A program made the position numbers and the translations under genes. A stretch of 64,000 bases of DNA from Armatimonadota bacterium (GTDB lineage: Bacteria > Armatimonadota > SYMT01), in the NCBI GenBank assembly GCA_041690135.1, contig JAWLHY010000017.1, positions 32,001-96,000 of the forward strand, written 5' to 3'. Below, one piece after another: positions 47,105-57,356 of this stretch. The notes under the pieces were generated by a model that made no database searches, had not been told where the DNA came from, and worked only from the letters and a program-made list of their open reading frames with translations. The first letter of the stretch is position 1; each line of letters begins with the position of its first letter.

Positions 47105-48068
47105 CGGAGGCAGTTTCCAGCCCTTCCTGGTAGCCACGATAGATGGCCGCACCGAGCAAGAGGCGGTAGAGGCGCCACAGGACAGGGGGCCACGGGCACA
47201 CCCTTTCGAGGAGGGCGCACTTGGCGAAAAGCGCCGCCGAAAGCGGCCTCCAGTTCAAAAGCCGTTTGAGTTGCTTGCGCGCCCAGAGAGACGGCGGGTC
47301 GGTGTCCCACTGGGGCGGGGAGTTCTCTCTACGGATGTCCGGGCGGGGGTAGGCCTCCCCCCACTTGGCGGCGAAGAGCGGTTCCGAGCGGGTGTAGGAA
47401 CGCTGGCGCTCGCAGTAGTCGCGGATCGTAAAACCGGCCCAGTCGTTGTGAACACCCAGTAGCGCGGGGACATACAGGATCCGGATGCCCTGCTGCCAGG
47501 CGCGCATGGCCAGGTCGAGGTCCTCGACACTCGCAATGCCGTAAGACTCATCGAACCCACCGAAGCGTTCGAAGTCCGTCCGGGGCATCGAAACATTCTG
47601 CGCCGTGAGACCGCGCGCTTCGCGGGGCGGGGCATCCGGCGGATCGTAGTTGAACAGCGTGCGCCGGAACCGTCCGAAGGGGGTCTTCTCCTGTTCCGGC
47701 AGGTTGACCAACTGACCGACGATCCAGCACCCCGCATTTCTCCGCAACGCTTCGAAATGTCCCTGTACGAACCCGGGCTGCACGAGAATGTCGTTGTCCA
47801 GGAACAGGATGAACTCGCCACGGGCGGCTGCAGCGGCGGCGTTGCGCGCCCGCCCGGCGCCCGCAACCGGCTCGTGAACCAGGCGCAGGGGCACCGGCAG
47901 TTGGGCTTCGGCCACTACCTGGTCTGTGTCGTCGCTACAGCAGTTGTTGACCACGACCACTTCCCAGGCGAAGCTGCACTCCTGCGCTGCGAGGCCCGCC
48001 AGAGTCAGCGCCAGGGCATCCGAGCGGTTGTGGGTCGGAATGAGCACGCTCAGGGCCGGTTCGGGCAT
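47082..48068 (-). CDS. Glycosyltransferase family 2
   Basis: SVLIPTHNR, ARN, FLDND, GGFDE, EDLDL. Confidence 0.92.
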   Translation of the reverse strand: MPEPALSVLIPTHNRSDALALTLAGLAAQECSFAWEVVVVNNCCSDDTDQVVAEAQLPVPLRLVHEPVAGAGRARNAAAAAARGEFILFLDNDILVQPGFVQGHFEALRRNAGCWIVGQLVNLPEQEKTPFGRFRRTLFNYDPPDAPPREARGLTAQNVSMPRTDFERFGGFDESYGIASVEDLDLAMRAWQQGIRILYVPALLGVHNDWAGFTIRDYCERQRSYTRSEPLFAAKWGEAYPRPDIRRENSPPQWDTDPPSLWARKQLKRLLNWRPLSAALFAKCALLERVCPWPPVLWRLYRLLLGAAIYRGYQEGLETASGRVKDEG

Positions 48069-48069
48069 G

Positions 48070-49218
48070 TTAGCGGGCCGCCTTTCGAGCCCGGACTACC
48101 CGATCGTAGACCGCCGTCACCTGCTCCCGGAACACCTCGGGCGAACAGGTCGCCCGTGCGTAGTCGATCATCCGTGGTCCGTCCCAACTCTCCATACGAC
48201 AACCCAGGTTACGGATGGCATCCGCCAGGTTCTCGGGGGATCGAGGCGGCACCAGGACTCCGGCCCAATTGGGAATCAACTCCGGCAGCGCTCCGACCGC
48301 GCACCCCAGGACGGGACGCCCGCACGCCAGTGCCTCCAGATAGGCCATCCCGTAAGTCTCATAGTCGCTGGGGATGACCAACGCGTGGGCCGCCCGCAGC
48401 CGGTCGGCCACCTCGGACGGTGGGAGCCAGCCCCGGAATGCGATCTGCTCCTGCACCTCCAACTTCCGCGCCAGCGCTTCGAAGTCCGCCCGCGCGGGAC
48501 CGTCACCCAGCACCTCCAGCCGGAAGGGGAGGGCTTCCTGCTTCCGGAGCCGGGCGAGCGCCTCCAGGAGTACATCGAGCCCCTTGGCCCGGTTGTCGAT
48601 ACGGCCGGAGTAGACCAACCGAAACGGTGGTGCCGGGGGAGCGGCCTGATACGGACGGATGAACACCGGGTCGAGTACGTTTCCAATCACCGGGACCGGC
48701 GGGCGGAGCCGCAGTGCGTCGATCTCGCTCGCCAGGGAGCGACTGACGGCAATCCACTCATCGGCGTTGCGGATGGCGTAGCGAAGGGCCCAGGAAGCCC
48801 GCCGGTCGCTTGCGAGGCGCTCCGCGATCGTGCCCCAGTGCTCCGTAACCACCACGGGAATTCGCAGCAGCTTCCCCGCGACTACGGCCGCCCATCCCGC
48901 CCGGGTTCCCATGTGCGCGTGGAGCAGTTCCGGTCGAAACTGTTTCCGCTCCCGCAGAACTCCGCGGAGGGCGGCCCCCAGAAAGGGGAGCCACCAGCTC
49001 TTCCGCACCTGGCGGAAGGGGATCCGGGTGACGGGAATACCGTGCCGCTCCGTGAGGATCGGCGCGAGTTTTGGCACCGTCACCTCTAGCGGCATCACCA
49101 CGCGGCAGGTGTGGCAAGTGGCGAGGGCGCGCGTCTGCTGCTCCGCCCAGATGCCCTTGAGCGATTGCTCGTCCGGATACTCCTGAACGAGGACCAGGAC
49201 CGCGCGCCCATCCTTCAC
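48070..49218 (-). CDS. Glycosyltransferase family 4
   Basis: HAH, TEH, AKGLD, ETYGMAYLEALACG; GTG start overlapping the upstream stop. Confidence 0.9.
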   Translation of the reverse strand: MKDGRAVLVLVQEYPDEQSLKGIWAEQQTRALATCHTCRVVMPLEVTVPKLAPILTERHGIPVTRIPFRQVRKSWWLPFLGAALRGVLRERKQFRPELLHAHMGTRAGWAAVVAGKLLRIPVVVTEHWGTIAERLASDRRASWALRYAIRNADEWIAVSRSLASEIDALRLRPPVPVIGNVLDPVFIRPYQAAPPAPPFRLVYSGRIDNRAKGLDVLLEALARLRKQEALPFRLEVLGDGPARADFEALARKLEVQEQIAFRGWLPPSEVADRLRAAHALVIPSDYETYGMAYLEALACGRPVLGCAVGALPELIPNWAGVLVPPRSPENLADAIRNLGCRMESWDGPRMIDYARATCSPEVFREQVTAVYDRVVRARKAAR

Positions 49219-50327
49219 TGCGCCGACTCGGCGGGTTTGCCTCCCCGCCAATTCCGGATCCACTGTTGCCGCCACCGGTCCAATGGGCGTTCGACCAGCA
49301 GGACAATTCCGGCGGAAACGATCAGCGACGCGGCCAGGTTGACGAGCAGTCCGCTCTTACCGAAAGCCGTGAGTACATAGGCTACGAGGAAGTGCACCAG
49401 GTAAAGCGGATAAGAAAGGTCTCCCAGCCCCCGGTCCCACGTACTCTTGGCGAAAGCCGTGAACAGGTAAGGAACGCCAAATATGAGGGCTATCGTCAGC
49501 AGTGCCGGTTTCTCCGGACCTCCGGGGAGCGCTTCAAAGAAAAGAATGGCCGCACCCAGGGCCAATAGCGCCAGCATGGGGCGGAACGGATCAGTCGGCG
49601 TCCACCATCGCGGCGCGGAGGGATGCGTGAAGAGGCGGTAGCCCAAGACTCCGGCGATAAAGAAGCCAACCTCAAAGGGGAACAGGCGGTAGACCCAGGG
49701 GTCGAAGGGGGCTCCCAGGCTCAATGCGGCGTAGCGCCCGGTGAAGCTGCACGCGAGGAGCATCGCCAGATCCCGGAGAGATCGGCGCATCAGCCAGGGC
49801 GCCACCGCGTAGAACGACAACTCCATCGCGACGCTCCAGGCTTGGGGGACCAGCAGCAGCGCGTGGCCGGAGGTCAGGCCTTCCGCGCCCGGTACCCCTA
49901 ACAGCATGGCTCGCAGACCCGCGTCGATGGTAGCGAGCATCAAGAAGTCCTGACCGATGATGCTCAGGTTGGTTAATCCTGCTAGCAAACGCGCCGGAAG
50001 GAGCAACCCCTCTGTGCCGACCACCAGGGAAGCAAACGCTCCTACCGACGCTTGATATCGCCAGTAGGCGACTGCCTGGACCAGTAAGGTCGCACTTGCC
50101 ACCAGCAGATAAGTGGGATAGAGACGAAGCGCCCGGCTGCCCAGGAAGAGGCAGTAGGAGTTCGGGTGATGCCGATATTTCCCATCGAGCACCATCGCCA
50201 TGTAGAAGCCGGAGATCACGAAGAACGCTTCTACCGCCGCCTCCGGGCGCAGCAGGCTAAGGGGACCTCCCGGGTTTAAATGGCCCAGCAGGACCGCACT
50301 CGCCAGCAACAACCGGATCAAGCCCAT
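49215..50327 (-). CDS. Acyltransferase family 3 (OafA-like, membrane)
   Basis: FFVISGF, RALRLYP, AWSVAMELSFY, GDLSYPLYLVH, VERP. Confidence 0.92.
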   Translation of the reverse strand: MGLIRLLLASAVLLGHLNPGGPLSLLRPEAAVEAFFVISGFYMAMVLDGKYRHHPNSYCLFLGSRALRLYPTYLLVASATLLVQAVAYWRYQASVGAFASLVVGTEGLLLPARLLAGLTNLSIIGQDFLMLATIDAGLRAMLLGVPGAEGLTSGHALLLVPQAWSVAMELSFYAVAPWLMRRSLRDLAMLLACSFTGRYAALSLGAPFDPWVYRLFPFEVGFFIAGVLGYRLFTHPSAPRWWTPTDPFRPMLALLALGAAILFFEALPGGPEKPALLTIALIFGVPYLFTAFAKSTWDRGLGDLSYPLYLVHFLVAYVLTAFGKSGLLVNLAASLIVSAGIVLLVERPLDRWRQQWIRNWRGGKPAESAQ

Positions 50328-50334
50328 GTGAGGT

Positions 50335-50886
50335 TCACTTTTCCTCGCCCGGATCGGTCAAACTCTTTCGAAAACTCGCGGGGACCCCGGCCCAGAGTTG
50401 CGCGGGAGGGACCGTTCCGCGGACTACTGATCCGGCGCCCACCACCGCTTTCGAGCCGACGGAACTGCCCGGCAGCAGGACACAACGCGCTCCGATCCAG
50501 GCGCCCGCTCCCACGCACACCGGCAGTTCCTCCGAGCCTTGCGGGCGGTGGTTCACGTTCTCGAAACAGCAGAACGGTCCGATGAGCGCGCCTTCTCCGA
50601 TGGTGATGGGCTTTCGCCCCTCCATACGACATCCCTGGTTGATGAAGGCATACCGCCCGATCTTGAGGCCGCTTGCATCGTGAACAAAGAGCGGCGAGTG
50701 GACCGTGCAGGGAAACTCGACCTCCGCCCCGGCCAATCGGAGCAGCACGGGCCGGACGAAGATGGCCACGGTGGTGAAATCGGGTAGCAGGTTGGCGAGG
50801 CCGATGAAGAAGCGCGTCCGCCAGAGCCGGAGGTCTTCGGCCAGGCAGCGAAAGAACAGGCGAGAAAGGGAACCGGTCCTAGCCAC
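50335..50886 (-). CDS. Maltose/galactoside O-acetyltransferase-like hexapeptide protein
   Basis: IGRYAFIN, ITIGEG, AWIGA..LPG, AGVPA. Confidence 0.88.
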   Translation of the reverse strand: MARTGSLSRLFFRCLAEDLRLWRTRFFIGLANLLPDFTTVAIFVRPVLLRLAGAEVEFPCTVHSPLFVHDASGLKIGRYAFINQGCRMEGRKPITIGEGALIGPFCCFENVNHRPQGSEELPVCVGAGAWIGARCVLLPGSSVGSKAVVGAGSVVRGTVPPAQLWAGVPASFRKSLTDPGEEK

Positions 50887-52144
50887 GGGCCGGCCCCAGT
50901 TGCTGGTCGCCGCCGGCGCCCCGCCGCAAGTGCCGTCTGGCGCCGAACCACTCGCTGGCTCGGGACCACCCCAGGGCAGCCAGTATCACCAGCAATGCCT
51001 CGACCGGCGCGCGAAAGCGGGACTCCCCGAATGCGAAGAGCGCGGTGTAACTCCAGAACCCCATGAATATCCAGAACGCGGCACGGAGAGCAGGGTCGGT
51101 CCATCCGGCCCTAACGCCCGCGGCCGCCAGCAAGAGGATCACGAGCGGAATCAACACCTGAAACAAGACCTTGGCGATGACTACCGGCGGCGTGTTCCGT
51201 GCCAACGGCTCCGACCACTCGCGGTAGAGCGAGGGAATCAGGTAACCCAGATCGTATCCGAGAAACCCCTTCGCGGAGCGGGGGATCACCAGCAGCGCCT
51301 CCTGAGGCTTCCGAAGCGCTGTCTCTACCGCAATCTGCAAACAGGCGCGATCCCCGGCAACCTGCCCAAAGTCCTGCAGGATGCGGTCGCCGGCCTGGTA
51401 GGGTGCGGCGGGAGGTGGATCCATGAGGTGGGAGTACCGGATGTAAAGATTGAAGCCGGAAAAGGCCGAGAGACCCGGGTAATTGGCGTTGACAGCATTA
51501 CGCGCGACCCACGGCGCCAACACGAGGATACATGCCGCAATCATCTGTGCCGTTTCGCGGCGCTCTCGCCGCAGCCCCCTGGTGATCACAGCTGCCGGTA
51601 GCGCCACGAGGCAGATGGGTCTCACGAGCGTGGCCAGACCGATCAACACGCCCGCGAGGAGTGGACGCCGGGTCCCCACGGCCCGAACCACACCCAGAAG
51701 CAAAACCGAGGCGAGAGTCTCCGTCAGGATGTAGCTGCTCCACAACGCGAGGAAAGGGTGGAGTCCGATCAGCCAGAAGGCCGACCCGGCGACCGCTCGC
51801 GAATGGGGACGCAGGAGCGCGTGGGCGAGGTAGGCCATGGCGATCACCATGGCATGTTGGAGCAGTACGGCCGCTTGCGGAGAAGTCCCCGTTAACCAGA
51901 GAAAGAAGGGATATCCCGGGGTGCGCTGGACATGATCCCCCCACAGGTAGGCGGGGAAAGTCCGCGCCAACTCCCGGTAAACCTCGCTATCAGGTGACCC
52001 GGATATACCGGCTAGCGACACAAACGCGAGGTGGACGATGCCGAGAAAAATGCCCTGGGCCACACCGGGAGCACCGGGTAATCGTCGCTCGGGAGGTAGG
52101 GGGACGTCCACTACCGCCATCGTCTGCGCGTCAGTCGCTGCCAT
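50879..52144 (-). CDS. ArnT/PMT-like (GT-C) polytopic membrane glycosyltransferase
   Basis: PDSEVY, RTPGYP, ILTETL, LVRP, PWVARN, SRFRAP; ATG 52144. Confidence 0.75.
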   Translation of the reverse strand: MAATDAQTMAVVDVPLPPERRLPGAPGVAQGIFLGIVHLAFVSLAGISGSPDSEVYRELARTFPAYLWGDHVQRTPGYPFFLWLTGTSPQAAVLLQHAMVIAMAYLAHALLRPHSRAVAGSAFWLIGLHPFLALWSSYILTETLASVLLLGVVRAVGTRRPLLAGVLIGLATLVRPICLVALPAAVITRGLRRERRETAQMIAACILVLAPWVARNAVNANYPGLSAFSGFNLYIRYSHLMDPPPAAPYQAGDRILQDFGQVAGDRACLQIAVETALRKPQEALLVIPRSAKGFLGYDLGYLIPSLYREWSEPLARNTPPVVIAKVLFQVLIPLVILLLAAAGVRAGWTDPALRAAFWIFMGFWSYTALFAFGESRFRAPVEALLVILAALGWSRASEWFGARRHLRRGAGGDQQLGPARG

Positions 52145-52149
52145 GTCCT

Positions 52150-53133
52150 TCAACACTCCGGGGACAAGGCGGAAGGGAAGAGCGCGATCAACCCGCTGGG
52201 CACCAGCAGGGGGTACAGATTGACCAACTCGCGGGGTTCGTCGTAGTAGCCGCCACCGAGGGAGTAGACCAGTAGGAATATTGGGACGCTGAGGAGCAGC
52301 CGTCGGAAGAACACGGGTTGCTGCTTCCATGCCAGGAAGGGGAGCACCCAGAACGCTCCGAACAGGTAGAGCCAGAACAGGTAATTGTTGTAGGGGTTCG
52401 GATTGGACACAAACTCCAGAAGTCCCGGTAGGTTGTGCGAGACAGAGCCCATGTGGGGCGATTGGAGCGTGCCCGTGGTCCACAGGCGCAGCAGTACCAG
52501 CGGGATCAGCCAGCAGAGGCCCGCGAGGAGGACCGGGATCAGCCAATCGCGGTGACGGGTGTCGAAAGTCGTGAACAGCAGGAAGAAGGGGAGTACGGCA
52601 GCCGACTCGCGATTCAGAGTGCCCAGAACGACCACCGGGTAGAGTAGCAGATACCGTCGCTGGTGAATGGCCCAGAGCCCCAGAGTGAACAGGAGAAGCT
52701 CCGGAAAGTCGGTGGGAAGCTCCAGAAGGTTGTTGAACGTCAGCGGCACGGTCGCGGCCACGAAGAGGGTGCCGCAAAAGGCAAGCTCCTCACTGAACCA
52801 CAGCCGGAGGTAGCGGTGAAACAGCGCGTAGGCGGCGAAGATGGTGACTAATCGCAGTAGCGCGAAGGCCTTTTCTCCGGGGAACCCCAGTTTCCGAGGC
52901 AGTTGCATCAGGGCTGGGAACAAGACCCGCGAGGCGTTGACCTTTTCGAGCGAATAGCCCTCGTGGGCAGAGGCCTCCCGGTCCGGCAACCGTTCCCAGA
53001 TCTGCTGCTGAAAGGCAGCGGCCGGTTCCCCCCGCAGGGGTCGCGGATAGAAGCTCAGCCAGCCGGTTATCACAGCGAGGAAAAGGTAGACCGCCAGGAA
53101 CCGGAGCGGAATCAGGGTTGCCCTGGGGGTCAT
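52150..53133 (-). CDS. Hypothetical polytopic membrane protein (possible GT-C-like)
   Basis: Eight or more TM segments; PTDFPE, LNRES, EPRE. Confidence 0.65.
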   Translation of the reverse strand: MTPRATLIPLRFLAVYLFLAVITGWLSFYPRPLRGEPAAAFQQQIWERLPDREASAHEGYSLEKVNASRVLFPALMQLPRKLGFPGEKAFALLRLVTIFAAYALFHRYLRLWFSEELAFCGTLFVAATVPLTFNNLLELPTDFPELLLFTLGLWAIHQRRYLLLYPVVVLGTLNRESAAVLPFFLLFTTFDTRHRDWLIPVLLAGLCWLIPLVLLRLWTTGTLQSPHMGSVSHNLPGLLEFVSNPNPYNNYLFWLYLFGAFWVLPFLAWKQQPVFFRRLLLSVPIFLLVYSLGGGYYDEPRELVNLYPLLVPSGLIALFPSALSPEC

Positions 53134-54311
53134 CGGGCTTTCCGCGCGGTGCTGGGCACCCCCGGAGTGGAGAATGCGGCCTCCGCTTCAGGTTTCCGTG
53201 GCACCGGCAGGTTCAGTGCTTCCAAAAGCATTGCCGCACGGTGGGCGTAAGTGTGGCGGCTGCGCACCGCGTGATAGCCACGCTCCCGGTACCCGGCAAG
53301 CCTTTCCGGATGGTCTAGCGCCGTCCGCACCATGTCGTGGTATTCGTCCAGGCTCTCGGGGACTAGCAGCTCTTCGGTGGCAAACAACTGGCGGTAACCG
53401 GGCGTGACATCGGTGATCGAGAGCCCCCCGCACCCGAGGATCTTATAGACCCGCTCATTCAGGTCGATGTGCATCACCGGCACGTGCGGCTCGTTGATGG
53501 ACGGGGAAAGCAGCGCGTCCCGGTAGAGGTAGGGCTCGTCCTCCACGGGTAGCTGCCCTCCGAACCCGGCATAAGGCCAGGGAGAGTACCCGTAGACCGT
53601 CAGTTCGCTCTCGTAGGGGCGGAGGTAAAGATCGAAGCTGCGGGCCTTGTTGGGCCAGTAGCCGCCAACGAAGGCGACCCGGATCCCCGGAAAACGCGCC
53701 GCACCTTCCCCCCGGTCGTAGAGCGTGGTATCGCATGCCAGCGGGAAGGGGATCACGTGCCGTCCGGGACCGGTCCAACCCGAAAAGTACTCCAGCCCGG
53801 CCTCCACGCACTGCCCAACCAGGCAGGGAGGCTCGGAGCGCAGCACCTGTTCTCGTGCTTCGGACATCCCGAGCGGCTCCAGTCCCGACTCCTGCCAGAA
53901 GAGCTCCTCACGGGCGAACCAGGGATTGACCCAGGCGATGTGCGGGTGCCGCCGAAGCTCGGCGAGTGCGGTCTCGTCCAGGAACGCGAAGTCGGATTCG
54001 CTCAGAAAGACAATCGGCTCCGGAAGACGGCGCAGGCGCGGAAGGTCGAACACACTCAACAATACGAAGTTGAGGCCAACCTGCTCGAAGCCGCGCGCCA
54101 GCCCCAACCGGCAGGTGACCCCGGCATTCGGCACTGATTCCCGGAAATGGGGACTGCACAGAATGACCGCCGTGCGGGCTTCCGGGTCCCAACTCCGGCT
54201 GCGCCGCGTGAGGATGACCGGCTCCCGCGCTCGCCGTTCCAGGGTCCGCCGCCGCCAGTCCCGCAGGGGCGCGGGGACGAGGCTTCGCAGGTGCTGGCGG
54301 AATGCCGTCAT
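53130..54311 (-). CDS. CgeB-like glycosyltransferase
   Basis: PLACD, AFVGG, NERVYKILGCGG, HTYAHRA; ATGA overlap start at 54311. Confidence 0.82.
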   Translation of the reverse strand: MTAFRQHLRSLVPAPLRDWRRRTLERRAREPVILTRRSRSWDPEARTAVILCSPHFRESVPNAGVTCRLGLARGFEQVGLNFVLLSVFDLPRLRRLPEPIVFLSESDFAFLDETALAELRRHPHIAWVNPWFAREELFWQESGLEPLGMSEAREQVLRSEPPCLVGQCVEAGLEYFSGWTGPGRHVIPFPLACDTTLYDRGEGAARFPGIRVAFVGGYWPNKARSFDLYLRPYESELTVYGYSPWPYAGFGGQLPVEDEPYLYRDALLSPSINEPHVPVMHIDLNERVYKILGCGGLSITDVTPGYRQLFATEELLVPESLDEYHDMVRTALDHPERLAGYRERGYHAVRSRHTYAHRAAMLLEALNLPVPRKPEAEAAFSTPGVPSTARKAR

Positions 54312-55300
54312 AACCCTGCGCCCACGCCCATGGAGGCAGTCGTAGTGCGAGAAGCCTTCCGGTTCCGGCGCCATCGGCTGGGAACCTGGAGCAGTTGCTC
54401 GCGGTGGGGTAGGCTCAGGAGATTGCGGGCCTCTCGGAACGCCTGGCGCCCATTTCCGCGCCGCAAGGCCTGGTACAGGCGGTACAGGACGCGGCTACCG
54501 ATTTCCACCTCGGCGTCCAGTAACTGCTGCCGGGCGCTGGAGTCCTCGGCCGGTACCCACTGCCACACGCGCCGCAAGTACTCGAGTTCCTCCACGCTCG
54601 CCCACCGATCCCGGATGTGGTTCGAAGAGTAACTTGCGGGATGGATCCGGTACTCCGCCGTGCAGCGATCGGTGTAGAACACCCGCTCCCGATAGGCGAG
54701 CTTCGTCCACAGGAGATAGTCTTCATAAGCGAAGCTCAGCCCAAGATCAAAACCGCCGACGGCGCGCACACTTTCCAGGCGGCACACGACCGCGGTGATC
54801 GGGATGAAGTTGCCCGCCAGCAAGCGGCTAAACGCGTCGGGTACGCGACCTGGGCCTGGACCGGTTCCCCATTCACTCGGGGCTTGCCGACCGGTACCGC
54901 TGGGGGTGTAAAAGCGGCGCATGCGTCCATAGACCAGGGCGATATCCCGGTTCTCTTCCAAAACTGTGGCCGACGCGGAGAAGTGACCGGGTAACAGGCG
55001 GTCGTCCGCATCCAGAAACCCGACCCACTTCCCCTGGGCCTCTTCCAGGCCCCGATTGCGCGCGGCGGACACTCCATGGTTCCGGCGGTCCGGGTGGAAG
55101 AGGAGCCGCACCTGGCTAGGGAACCGGTCGACGAGCGACTGCGCCACCGCCGCGCTACCGTCGGTGGACCCGTCGTCCACGATCAGGACTTCCAGGTCCG
55201 GGTACCCGTTGCCCAGGGCGCTCTCTACCGCCTCGGACAGGTACGCCGCGCCGTTGTAGACGGGCACGATCACGCTAAGGGCGGGTCCTGCGGCGCTCAT
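54308..55300 (-). CDS. Glycosyltransferase family 2
   Basis: SVIVPVYN, VDDGSTD, ARNRG, FLDADD, EDY. Confidence 0.93.
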   Translation of the reverse strand: MSAAGPALSVIVPVYNGAAYLSEAVESALGNGYPDLEVLIVDDGSTDGSAAVAQSLVDRFPSQVRLLFHPDRRNHGVSAARNRGLEEAQGKWVGFLDADDRLLPGHFSASATVLEENRDIALVYGRMRRFYTPSGTGRQAPSEWGTGPGPGRVPDAFSRLLAGNFIPITAVVCRLESVRAVGGFDLGLSFAYEDYLLWTKLAYRERVFYTDRCTAEYRIHPASYSSNHIRDRWASVEELEYLRRVWQWVPAEDSSARQQLLDAEVEIGSRVLYRLYQALRRGNGRQAFREARNLLSLPHREQLLQVPSRWRRNRKASRTTTASMGVGAGL

Positions 55301-56301
55301 GTGACGGAAAGGCCGAGGTCGCGGAACAGGTTCTGCCACCGGTGCTCCCAGAGGTGCTCTCGGCGGGTGCGTTCATAGTACGCACGGGCGATCCGTGAGC
55401 GCCCCTCTTCGTTTGCCAGGTAGTGGCGCACCTTGTCGCAGCACTCCTCCATCGTTTCGAAGTCTTCGTACTCCTTGCCGCGAGTGTAGAACTCGTCCAG
55501 GTCCGGATTGCGAGTGCAGAGCATCAGCGAACCGCTCAGGCCCAGGTCGAAGACCCGGCTCTTGACCTGCACGTAGCCCGGCCGGCTGGCTTCCAGCGGC
55601 GTGAAGGAGATCCGCGTCCGGTTCCAGATCGCGTTGATGTCGGCGAATGACAACGGCTGCTCGCAGAGCGGCAGACGCAGGGCCGCCGCCACTCGTCTGC
55701 GGAGTTGCCACCGCAAGGCGCCGTCGTCGCCTTCTTTACCGCCGAAGCCCGTGCCGTAGGCCACCACGCGGCCGGCGCGACGCAGGGCGCGAATTTGCAT
55801 GGGCCGAAGCCCATAACTCAAGCCGACGAAGCTGACCGGAAGGTCCTTCGCGGTTTTAATCCCGTCGTAGGTGCCCACGCAGGCCCATTGAGAAAGGACG
55901 AGGTTGGGGTGAGCGGCGCGATTCGCCTCGTAGACTGAACGGTAAGTAGTGACCATCCGGTCGAAGTGGGGGCAAAGGCGGCTCGTGTGGTCTTCCCACC
56001 GCCAGTCGTCGTCGCTGTTCCAGGCGACGAGCAGCGTGTGCTTCCGCGCCTTCTCCAGGGTCTCCGGGTACAGCGCGGGGGTATCCGTGAGAACCAACGT
56101 CAGGTCGTACTTCCGCGCGCGCAGGACCTCCAGGAACCGATCGTTGAGCCAATCCCAGTCGACCCGGTGCCAGGCGGAGAAGTTGAACAGGCGGGTGGCG
56201 TGGCCCATCCTGCGGGGTGTGTCCACGAACCACTCCACGTGGGGATCGAGGCTGTCCGGGCTCCCATAGCGAAACGCCGGCATGGCGATCAGGATTTCCA
56301 T
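55297..56301 (-). CDS. CgeB-like glycosyltransferase
   Basis: WNSDD, VSFVG, KSRVFD, EHLWEHR; ATG 56301. Confidence 0.85.
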   Translation of the reverse strand: MEILIAMPAFRYGSPDSLDPHVEWFVDTPRRMGHATRLFNFSAWHRVDWDWLNDRFLEVLRARKYDLTLVLTDTPALYPETLEKARKHTLLVAWNSDDDWRWEDHTSRLCPHFDRMVTTYRSVYEANRAAHPNLVLSQWACVGTYDGIKTAKDLPVSFVGLSYGLRPMQIRALRRAGRVVAYGTGFGGKEGDDGALRWQLRRRVAAALRLPLCEQPLSFADINAIWNRTRISFTPLEASRPGYVQVKSRVFDLGLSGSLMLCTRNPDLDEFYTRGKEYEDFETMEECCDKVRHYLANEEGRSRIARAYYERTRREHLWEHRWQNLFRDLGLSVT

Positions 56302-56312
56302 GACGGCTTCCC

Positions 56313-57356
56313 CTACTCCCTCTCCCGCCGGGCCAAGGCAACCAGTTCTTCCCCGCCGCAAAGCGGTGATAGGCAGCGGAAGGGGAGTGCAAGGGCTCGC
56401 AGTCCCGGAGACTGGGCTACCCTGGAGCCCACTTCCGTAAGTCGGACCTTCCGGTCCACGGCTTGCGCCATCGTGAGGGTCCACCAACTCGCCGGGTCTT
56501 CATAGCGCACCCGGATTGCTCCAAATCCTGCGCGCTCCAGCAGAGTCGTGAGGGATGCCCGCGTAAACAGGTGCAGGTGAAACGGCACCCAGTGACTGAC
56601 ACTGCGGCTGCGGAGGAGGCGCAACGAGAGGCTCCGGCCGTTCGGAACGTAAATCGCGAGCTCTCCGCCGACCCGAAGATAGTCCTTTGCGGTTTGCAAC
56701 ACCTTCAATGGATCCAGCATATGTTCGAGGACGTTATCCAGGCGCACCAGGTCGAAGCGGCCCAAATTGGGCGCGAGTTCGTCCAGACTCGAAACCCGCA
56801 ACGTGGCTTCCGGAAGCCGGATTCGGGCGGAGTCAATAGCCGCGGGAGAAATGTCGATGCCGTTGATTTCCCAACCGCCTCCCGCAAAACCCGCCAGCGT
56901 GGTTCCGTCTCCGCATCCCATATCCAGAAGGCGCGGCGAAGGCCCGCCCGGTGGCGGCAGGTAACAATGCGCATCTCGATAGGAGCGGGTGCGTTCGCCG
57001 AGGAGGCGGTACTCCAGAAATCCGACCGCCCGCGAGAAAGAGGTCGGCGGGGTACATTCTGCGGAGCGCTCCTCGTCGGGTCTTGCCACCGTTGCTGCCC
57101 GGTAGTAGCTCGCAAGTTCCTCTGACGAGGGCATGGGAAAGAGGAAGATATGTCCACACGAGCGGCACTTTCGGTACTCTCCCACAACATTAATGCCGTC
57201 GCGCCGGTTACGGTCGGAGCTGATGCGGTGGGAATGGTCTCCATCGCATACGGTGCAGCGGGGCCTAATCGTTGCGGAGTCGGTCAAGGGAGTTTCAACG
57301 GATGGTGCCGCGTACCCGCCCGGCTGAGGTGTCTTGTCTCGACATCCGGAAGACAT
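56313..57356 (-). CDS. Class I SAM methyltransferase with N-terminal CxxC/CxxC
   Basis: CTVC, CRSCG, LDMGCGDG, NVLEH, VPN, PFHL. Confidence 0.88.
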   Translation of the reverse strand: MSSGCRDKTPQPGGYAAPSVETPLTDSATIRPRCTVCDGDHSHRISSDRNRRDGINVVGEYRKCRSCGHIFLFPMPSSEELASYYRAATVARPDEERSAECTPPTSFSRAVGFLEYRLLGERTRSYRDAHCYLPPPGGPSPRLLDMGCGDGTTLAGFAGGGWEINGIDISPAAIDSARIRLPEATLRVSSLDELAPNLGRFDLVRLDNVLEHMLDPLKVLQTAKDYLRVGGELAIYVPNGRSLSLRLLRSRSVSHWVPFHLHLFTRASLTTLLERAGFGAIRVRYEDPASWWTLTMAQAVDRKVRLTEVGSRVAQSPGLRALALPFRCLSPLCGGEELVALARRERE

